Below, in pieces: positions 23,376 to 32,295 of a DNA stretch of 32,295 bases; position 1 is the first letter of the stretch; each line of letters opens with the position of its first letter. Made by a program: the position numbers and the translations under genes. The notes under the pieces are model-generated. The model saw only the letters and a program-made list of their open reading frames with translations. It had not been told where the DNA came from and did not search any database. This stretch comes from Bipalium vagum (taxonomy: Eukaryota). Where the stretch lies: NCBI GenBank assembly GCA_037834085.1, contig JBBMKC010236030.1, positions 1 to 32,295 on the forward strand, written 5' to 3'.

Positions 23376-26300
23376 GTATGTAAATTATCAAAAAATAAGA
23401 AATATTTTTTTAAAAAATTATTTTTTCGAACAATTTAAATCAATACAAAATTTTAAAAGTAATTTATTATTTTAAAATAAAATTGTCTTCATAAAAGTTA
23501 GAGAATCATTTTGCTTTTTCAAGTGCCTCTAAAGCTGGTCTCTGAAATTTTATTTCATGACTGAACGAAGATATAAAATTCTAGATTGATTCTCAGTAAA
23601 CCATGACTATAAGTATCTACTTACCCAACACAAATGAAACTGATTATGATCCTTTAAGAAATACTTTATATTAGGTGAGAGGCATTCAATGTCTCTTCTT
23701 CCCATTGACGTTTTTCTGTTATCTGTATTGTTAGGCCTTTCTTTTCTAATTCTCAGACTTTGCTGTTGTCTTCGTTGCTTATGTCTTGGATTTTTTATAG
23801 TAAAATGTTACTAACTTCAGAGTGTGTTCTTATTGAATTTTATATTTTCTATTCATAATAACAAAAGTGACCAATTGTAATTTCTCTATTTTAAAAATAT
23901 CACTGGTAGTAAATAGAAAGTCAATTATTTATAATTTATTAAATGATTATTTATTAACTTTATTGAGTTTCTTAATGGCACCTCATAAAACCCTTAAAGA
24001 AATGCGATACCCTTTAAAATATAAATTAACTTTTAATTAATTTATTTATTATTTATTATTTATTTAATTAACAACTTAAAAAGTCCTTGAAAATTTTTTC
24101 CTAAATTTTTTTTATGCTAATTACAACTTATTAAAATAATTAAGAGGTTTTAAAGGGTAATTAGGGAAGGTTTGGGACGAAAATGGGGTACCCATGATCA
24201 TCAATGAGAAAATTTGAGAATTTGCAGGGTGCTCGTCTCCAAACTGATTAGTTAGAATCATTATGTAAGGAGAAGCATTTCCTCACAAATTGGATCACAA
24301 AAACAGTGTACAAGAAAGAATATTGTTTGTATTACGAAGAAGATTATTTATCGCTGAAGTTATTGAAGAGGAGTATATATTGTTGAAGTTATTTGAAGAT
24401 TGTTTATCGATATTGTTCTACAGCCCTCAACTATCATACAAGAAACTTATTATTATTCAGAGAAGAAGTCTATCAGACATTTTGTTATTTTTATTCAAAG
24501 TGAAGAAATTTCATTATCCAAGTACTTTTCAATTATGTTCTGGGATTGCGTTTAAGTCCTCCCCAGAGGGCTATCTTTGAGCAACTGTAAAGGCTCCGTT
24601 GATAGTTCGGGAAGCTTGAACGAAGCTAAACTGTAAGACCGTTTTGTTTTTCTCAACGTTCTTTATTATTATTATTCAATAAATATTATTTAAGTTTAAT
24701 TCTTGTTTGTTAATTGTTTTCATTGACCATTAGCTATAAGCATTTTGTTTTAGTTAATTGATTATTTGATTAACAGTTTTTTTTGATTGATTCGATTGAA
24801 TATTATCTAAGACATTTGAGATATTGTAGAAATTGTTGTGATCCCTTTGTTGAGTTTAATGTTTTTGTGTAATTGTTATTATTGAAATTTTGTGTGAGTT
24901 ATTGTGATATAAATACAAATTACTGTTTTACTGATTGTTGTTATTTCGCATCACTTAAGAGTTGGAGTCAGGTTTAAAGTTGATACACAAAATATTGAAC
25001 AACTTTTTAATTAAATTTAACTGATTTTGATAAAAAAATTATAATCATTATTTTTTTATTTCTACAATGAATTCCAGGAAATTTACATAAAATAAAAAGA
25101 CAGTAAAATATATTTTTCATAAAATCAATAATTCTTGAAAGTAATGAAAAATAAAATAAATCAATATTTAATGCATTTCTTCCTGTTTTTGTTACGAGTT
25201 TCTTCCATTTATTGTTTTTAACCAAGTCATGTGCATTTCTGTTCCCAGTAATCTTGTGGAGAAGTTCTTGGCCAATGATGAAAGTCTCTACACCATAAAT
25301 AGTCTAAATTAAAAATATACTAATATATATTAATAAATAAAATATAACAGATGATTTTTCAATTAATCTTTAAAAAAAATTCTTGCAGCAAACATCGACT
25401 GTTCGTTATATAAAAATATTTCATATTTAAATTGTCTGGCATAGCTTAAATGACAAAAGCAATTGTAAATGTCAACAACAAAAAATATGAAGTTGCTGGA
25501 CAACAAGTCCTTCTCCATTATCGAACTTTACTTAGTAAATAAATTTCTCTCGTTTTGATAATAATATAAATTGAATTTTAATATTTGTTTAAATCTAATG
25601 GAATTTTTAAATTTCAATAATTCTCAGTTTTCGTTTTTCATCTTATCACTGCATCTTTTGGCTGTGAGATGCAATCGATAAATAGTAAATCTAATTAATT
25701 ATTTAATTTAATTTAATTTATAATTTTTAGCCTTGAATATGCAACAGTACATAACAGTGAGATGAAGAACTAAATAATATTTTAGTGGGATTCTTTTTGT
25801 AAAAGATTTGCAGAAATGAAATTCGTTTGCCTCCAATATGATTTATCAGTTGCAATCTATATTTAATGTCGGCTCTCCATGAGATGGTTACGTCTTCTAT
25901 TATACTGGACGTCGATATTTGAAGATGAAGTATTCCAGAACTTGAATAATTGATTTAATCTTCTCATTAGCAACTGAAGTCGGGGAATTGTTATTTTTAT
26001 TCTCCCGAAAGTGTTTTAATTTAATTGCCGCCAGCATTCTTCAAAGTTGTGTTATCAAGTCCATAAATATTTTATTTAAAAATAAAAAAAAATATTGATT
26101 ATTTTTTTCGTATTAATAATTTTGTATATCTCGTTTTTTAATTTACATCTAAATTGTTAAAAATTGGATGTTACAAATCACAATAGTATTTATTAATTAA
26201 TTGTCACCAAAATTATAAATAATATTATTTATAAATCTTTCTCAAAAATAATATTTTTAAAATTCTTAAACTTTGACTTTTGACTGAAATAAAAACCAAA

Positions 26301-26439
26301 GTCAATTGAATTATTGTTTACATAAATATCAGTTTTCTTATTTTTATTCTTAAATGCAAAAAAAAACAAAGTTTAAAGAACAAATTTTTAAATGAAGGAA
26401 AAATTAATGAAAATTAGAACAGAATTTCAATAGTTCATG

Positions 26440-27044
26440 TAAAATGGACTGTTCTCAGAAGATCTACAAATTAAAGGTGTTGGGTTTGCCAAAGGCACGA
26501 ACATCTTTTTCCAATCAACTTCTTTGACAAGTTATTGTCAAGGTATTCCCTCACTTCACTATGGCAATGTGCAGGTGCACCATCTTGTTGGAAATGAAAA
26601 TCTTTTTTTCCAAAGTCTTCTTTAATTTTTGACAAAAAAAAATCTTGGAAAAGATTTAGGTATTTGTCCCCGGTTACTGTAGTGTCAAATAACAAAAGTC
26701 CCAATTACTCGGTAATTTGAAGCGCTGTATCACACTGTGACTCCTGGTAAGTTGACTCTATTTTGATGAGTAATGTATGAATTCCGAGTAACCCGATAAG
26801 TAAAATTATGGCGTTTGGTGAAACCATTTAATTTAAAACTGGCTTTATCATTCCAAACTATTTGACAAGGAAAATTTACATAATTTTTGTATTTTTCAAA
26901 GTACCATTCACAAAACTTCATTCTCCTATCTGGATCATCTTCTGATAGAACATTATTCAATCTAGAAATTTAATTTTAAAAGTGTTTTCCCTTCAAATCA
27001 TTTACTTTTGAAAAAGTGTTAACATTTTGTGCGACAACCCTGTA
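26440..27044 (-). mobile_element. Degenerate rosa/DD41D-like Tc1/mariner transposon with 5' TIR, internally deleted
   Basis: LSEDDPDRRMKFCEW...IVWNDKASFKLNG...PGVTV*...FDTTVTGDKYL...FHFQQDGAPAH...VREYLD...LIGKR. Terminus TA|CAGGGTTGTCGCAC on the minus strand at 27044. The N-terminal HTH and third-D region are missing. Confidence 0.88.
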
Positions 27045-28389
27045 TGATATAATTGTCACAATAAAAAGTGGCAGTTTGATAATAAGTTTTATTATATTAA
27101 ATTTGTTTAAATAATTCAAATATTTTCAATACAAGGCGGTTATTTTAAGCACTAGGTAAGATAATTTTAATAATATTCATTTTAAATTTAACCTTACAAA
27201 GATCATTATTTTGATAATTTCCTTAGATTAATTGTCCAAATTGAAGACCACGCATTTCCAAGTTCAAATTTTATTCAAAAAATTAGATATTAAAAAGGTT
27301 ATATTTAATTATTTTAATTTTTCTTGTGACTGATTAAAGTTGTAACTGATTATTTATCTTTAACTAACCATTGCCTTCAATCTTTATTTGATTCGCTCTG
27401 TAAAACAGTTTTTATTATTATTTTATATAATTTATCTTAATAACTAATGTAGATTAAATAGAATCTATCAGCATGTGGTTTAACGCTGGAAAATTCATTC
27501 GGTTCATGGTTTTACACAGGACATACAATATATTAATTAACGACTTCATTAACTAAGAAAATGTGAAATTCCTCTTTGCTTATCGCTGTAGTTCAAACAG
27601 ACAATTCTGTTTAAAACCATATTACCCGTCAGTCATTCTGATACATTGCACAGTTTGCTTGGACACCATATTTAGTATAATATAGAGACTATCAGAAAAT
27701 ATATGATTACCAAAGGTTCATTTTGTAAAAAATCAAGTAAAAAGAGAAATTTAATTTCAATGTCAACCTATGGTTATTATATTCAGGACAACTGTTTTTC
27801 TGGATATATAAAATCTTCTTCAACTTCAACTTTGACTTGACGGATTCCTAAAATTCTTTTACACATTTCAAATTGTTTCGGTTTCACTATGATTAGGAAG
27901 CACATTAACGTTGGGAAATATTTTTATCATATGATCGGTTAACTATTCAAACAAAATTTCCTATTCTTAATTGAAAATGTTTTCATTTTGTTCGCGAGGT
28001 CTAATTAACGTGACAAATTCAATAAAAAAGAATAATTGATGAGATTATAATCATTACTGCAAAAATAATACATTGGTTTTATTAATATGATTATTTATTT
28101 TATTATTTTTAATATTTTAGTAATATATAAAAGGAATATATAATTAGTAATGTTTATTAGAAATATTTTGTTCTCTGTTATAAGTTTAACCAAAAGAATA
28201 TCCGATTATATTAAAAATTTAGATGAATATTTACTTTTAATTATTTTTTAATTTTGGTAAGAAAATAATAATATTATCAAAATCAAAATAAATACTTAGA
28301 CTCTACCAGGATTATTGAACAAGCTTAAATAAATTTGATAAAATAATAAGTTTGAATTTGATTAGATTAATTCAAAAAATATTCGAAAA

Positions 28390-29338
28390 TGTGGAATTTT
28401 GTAGTGTGCTTCATTTTTTTAGTTCTCAGTGAATCTGCCAACAAGGAATTCTGAATCAGCCTCAAGAGGTACACGGGAAGAAGTCCCAATATCAAATGAC
28501 CTTTTATAACTTGGTTCGAGAGTTTTCATTTGGTCAAAGAAATGTTTTCAATACAACCAAAAGTGATAGACCTATCAAAATTAGTGAAGAAATTTTTAAA
28601 ATTCTGTCAAAAAAATTTATAGATATTGTGACAAATGAAAAAATCACTCAAATTCAGCTATAACAGATGATAAGTGTATGCAAAGAGTCGTCCAGTTGAT
28701 TCTATAGCAAATGAAAATCCGAAAATTATGTAGAAGATTCTTGTCGAGCATTTTAACATTTGAGATGAGGGCAAGATGAAAAATAGCCTGTGGAAAGAGC
28801 CTTAGTCTTCTAGATGCAGTCTGACCAATTTTTTATCGAATAAAATAACTAAAGGCAAGACACCATTGTCTGTCTATCTCTCTTACTCTAGAAGACAATC
28901 AAAGGAACAGGTTTTCGAAAACTAGATATCATTCAAGGTATTCCCACTCGGAATTTCGTATCTTAAATATACGATGTTGAACGTCTTTTGAAATAGAAAT
29001 GGCATTTTTAAGATAAATTTTAATGAAGAAATTTTAAATTCCGATAAAAACAGTAATCTCATACTTGAAACCCAAAGCATCTGACACAAGATATTCCTAT
29101 TCCCACATCCCAGAAAACACAAAGCACATTTACAAAGACTGTTTTGTGCAGCTGAATCATTTTCCATACAGTCCAGATCTTGTATCTATAGATTTTTGGT
29201 TCTTCAATCAACTAATATAAAGATTTAAATTAGTTTCAAAGGATGATATGAAGAATAACATGACGAAATTCCTCATGGTGAATGTACATTTTTTTTAATT
29301 GCTAAGTTAACTTCATTATTTCCAGTAGAGTCTAGGTA
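28390..29338 (+). mobile_element. Near full-length but heavily decayed mariner
   Basis: N-terminus VEFCSVLHFLVL...QEVHGK...TFYNLVREFSFGQRNV...SDRP; C-terminus QLNHFPYSPDLVSIDFWFFNQL (HPPYSPDLAPCDFWLF homologue). Boundaries approximate. Confidence 0.72.
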
Positions 29339-30977
29339 CTTTTTAGTCTTATCACGTTCCTAACTAATAAGACTATTTCTGGTAAAAAGCTTAAGATACA
29401 TGGTGGACGCTGAAAAATATAATTCAGTTTAAGTAAGAGTTATAAAAACGAATTATGATATTTAAATAAAAAAACTTTATTAAATCGTAATCTCCTTTCC
29501 TTGATTTGACCGTTATTTATATTTCTTTAGATAATAAAATACAGAAAACTGTAAACTGTCAATTTTTTCCATTTTCCGTTTCCATAATGGTTGAAAAATT
29601 AAAAACATGGGACATAAATTAATATTTCTTCACATGAACTACCAAAAACCAAACATTTGTCTATCCCTGGAGAAATCTGAAATATTTTTTAATTTACTAT
29701 ATATTTTTTATTTACAAAAATCAATATTGTAACTTTTCCACTTCTCAAGTTTCGTCTATTGATTTTAACTTAGACTAATATTAAAAATATACACAAAAAA
29801 CAGCATTTGTTTTAACAGTTAATATTCCAAGGAAAGAAGATTGATTCGCATTAAAACAACGTTGCTTTTGTTTAGTTTCCTTTTATCTTAAATTTGTTGT
29901 GTTTATCCTGAGATTTTCCGAGCAGAATTGGTCTGTTTGTTCTATGTTTGTCCAGCTGTTGTTTTTTGTTGTTGCTGCTGTTGCTTCTAAATATATCCAC
30001 ATAAGCACAACATCCACTCAAAGATATTGAAATTCTTTTCAAATATTTAAACAAAATATTTCCGAGAAATATATTTTTGACAAAAATAATTAACTTGATT
30101 AATTCATTAGTTTTGTATTAGCTTAAATTGTTAATGGTTAATTTCTGAAAAATACTTCATAAAAAACTGTTCATCTAAATCTTAATGGCAATAATGACAA
30201 AGAAAATTTTCCACAGATTTCTTTTGAAGGCTTTTTTCGTTTCATTGAATTATTGATAATTGGATCTTTCGATGATCTTGTCAGAGCTAATGATTAGTTC
30301 AAAATATCCTGGTTATCTTGGTTTTGGTATGATCATTTTATTTCATCTCACTATATCAATTCTTTTTTAATTCAGACATTGTTAGATTATTTGAAACAAA
30401 AATGTTTTATTAAATTGAAATTAAATCAGAGAGATTTTTTATAATCTTTAATCTCCGTGTTATCATAATCAGAACATTTGTTTTATTTATAAAAAGTGCA
30501 TGAATTGATTAGAAAATATATATAAACTTTTTTACATATCATTATTAGTTGAAATTTGGAATTCTTGCTCACTTTTCTTGGGGTCAGGTTTTCACTATTT
30601 TGAAACATTGATTTATCAGTTTGCTTTTTCATGGATTTCTGATTTCCACATTTTATAACCCAGTTTTAGTATTTTCAATTTTTAATAATAAAAACCCTAG
30701 TCCAACTCTTATAGTTGTGCTCATTTTATCAACATTCTTTTACAAAACAAATAACACGTAAGTCTAAAGCTAGTATTTAATAAATGCAACTAATGTAATG
30801 TGTCAAATAATGTTTCCATCTCTTTACAAAATAATATACCGTCTTAATTTTCAATCCCTGGAAATTATCAAGTCAAACTACATAAGTGAAATTAAATAAA
30901 ATTGAAAAAAATAACAAACGAAAATAATACCGAATCACTTAGATATTAATGGAAAATATTTTTTAAGCCGACTTTAG

Positions 30978-31062
30978 CTCAGACGACTCTGTGGATTACC
31001 CAAGCCTTTACAGTACTCACCGGTTCCCAAACCTCGTTATGAACCCGAGGACAATCCTCGAT
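30978..31062 (+). CDS. egfr: EGFR-like tail exon (predicted; PVPKPR motif)
   Basis: actttag|CTC...CGAT|gtaaca, 85 nt, phase 0 to 1, GC-elevated. Reads LRRLCGLPKPLQYSPVPKPRYEPEDNPR. An alternative frame with other acceptors is also open (see findings). Confidence 0.6.
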
Positions 31063-31135
31063 GTAACACATAATCGTAAATTTATCATTATAACCTTCTC
31101 TCAGCGCACAATTGATCAACTCACTCTTAATTCAG

Positions 31136-31174
31136 TGGCAGATGATCAGTTTTTTTATACTTATCCTCGAATAG
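31136..31174 (+). CDS. egfr: 39-nt EGFR-like tail exon (predicted)
   Basis: ctcttaattcag|TG...ATAG|gtgact, phase 1 to 1. Reads (L)ADDQFFYTYPRI. Alternative upstream acceptor at 31104. Confidence 0.55.
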   Translation, partial: WQMISFFILILE

Positions 31175-31310
31175 GTGACTTGCTCCTAAAATTGATGAAC
31201 TACTTTTTTAAGTAAGCTCTTGCTAAGAGGAGGTAGTAGATACATCTTTCTTATTTGATCGAAGTTATTAAAAATCATGTCCACTTTTTTTATTATTATC
31301 TTTCATTCAG

Positions 31311-31456
31311 TTTCCACCCAGAAAAATAAGTCTAATGTCCTGTCAGGGCAAGCTACTACATTTCTCGATTCAACAACAACTTCAGATCTTAGTCAGCTAA
31401 GTCTCCGTGGAATTAATTATTCACTCAATGAGGCAGTTAATCTTGCCTTTATTTAA
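31311..31456 (+). CDS. egfr: Probable last coding exon of the EGFR-like gene
   Basis: Strong acceptor tattattatctttcattcag|, phase 1. Reads (V)STQKNKSNVLSGQATTFLDSTTTSDLSQLSLRGINYSLNEAVNLAFI*, with TAA at 31454-31456. A donor near 31436 and further exons cannot be excluded. Confidence 0.6.
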
Positions 31457-32232
31457 TTATTAATTTCATCATTATTAATAATAATATTATTATTTGTTCA
31501 TTTATTTTTATTTTAAAATATTTTGAAATAAAAAAACAATGGTTTAATAATATACCTGTTTACATTTAAATAAAGCTGAAACAATTTTTTAGAATTAATA
31601 ATCATTATATATTTATATATTTTTTAATTAAATATAATATTAATATATATTTTAGTCTAAGATTAATATATGCATTTTTAAATATTTTAATATCTCCCAA
31701 AAAATTCCACAAATATATATGAAATTTCTATTTTTCTTTTCTTTAAAACTAATCAATCTTTGTGTTACTTTACATAATTTATCAAAACTATTAAAATGAC
31801 TATAAACAAATTTTATTTAAATAAGTTTATAAAATCTTTTTAATTAATTTATTATATATTTTTATAAAAATCGGAAGAATCAATATTGATTTATTTAGTT
31901 TTCAATAAAAGTCAAAAAAATAAAAAATTCTGTTTCGGACTTTTGTAAAATAAATTAACACAATTATTAAGTTGAAAAAACTTCTAATACTTCTGATGGA
32001 TTATTAGATTAGTAAATATGATCCCATTCAATTCGAGTGAGAATTAAATTTATTCGTGCGTAAAATACACAGTATAATGTATCAAACTGAATTTCAAATG
32101 CAATTTGATAAAAATTCAATTAATTTTTTTTCTTTGAAATATAATTATATTTTTCATTAACTTGCCTTAAATTTTAAATTTTATAGATATTCTTTTTAAG
32201 AAAACTTTATTTGAAAAGATATATAATTAAAC

Positions 32233-32295
32233 TAATAATAAGAATAATAAATAAAGAATAATAATAATAATAATAAGAAGAAGAATAGTAATAAT
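32233..32295. repeat. Imperfect (AAT/AAG)n microsatellite at window end
   Basis: aataataagaataataaataaagaataataataataataataagaagaagaatagtaataat. Confidence 0.85.

Noticed and set aside
23620-23790. Minus-strand open frame ending at a strong GTAAGT donor
   Set aside because: No convincing acceptor, partner exons or protein similarity.
24250-24960. Possible Penelope/LINE remnant and the 96-aa ORF at 24290-24580
   Set aside because: No reverse transcriptase or endonuclease motif identified; ORF composition looks non-coding.
10803-30054. Remaining 60-100 aa ORFs in the track (for example 10803, 11191, 11480, 12980, 13021, 14177, 15195+, 28922, 29872)
   Set aside because: F/I/L/K/N-biased chance ORFs of AT-rich DNA, or antisense frames of transposon remnants.
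30250-30740. Possible Tc1 N-terminal/SDE remnant on the minus strand
   Set aside because: Similarity too weak to support a call.
1-32295. CRISPR arrays, tRNA/rRNA genes, operons or prokaryotic defence systems
   Set aside because: No regularly spaced repeat-spacer arrays, cloverleaf-like or rRNA-like segments, or dense ORFs seen. The sequence is eukaryotic intron-rich DNA.

Overview
Very AT-rich (roughly a quarter GC by eye) animal genomic DNA, bounded at both ends by (AAT)n microsatellites. Most ORFs in the supplied track are spurious or transposon debris. The window holds the 3' end of an intron-rich EGFR/ErbB-family receptor tyrosine kinase gene on the + strand. A 98-nt exon (77-174) encodes the kinase C-terminus CWLVDPDARPSFTDLRKTFESMSKNPNRYLLIQ. 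A manually assembled chain of phase-compatible exons (2670-2951, 7544-7766, 23347-23375, 30978-31062, 31136-31174, 31311-31456) gives an open, Tyr-rich cytoplasmic tail. The long introns carry decayed DNA transposons: six mariner remnants, one or two rosa/DD41D-like remnants and a small two-copy MITE-like repeat. The most notable insertion is a 1.3-kb non-autonomous element (16007-17304) with perfect 42-bp terminal inverted repeats, carrying what looks like an IS3EU-type transposase N-terminus split by two 39-nt GT-AG introns. A triclad flatworm (planarian) origin is plausible but is only an inference. I found no RNA genes, CRISPR arrays or prokaryotic features, and no convincing wholly new multi-gene system.
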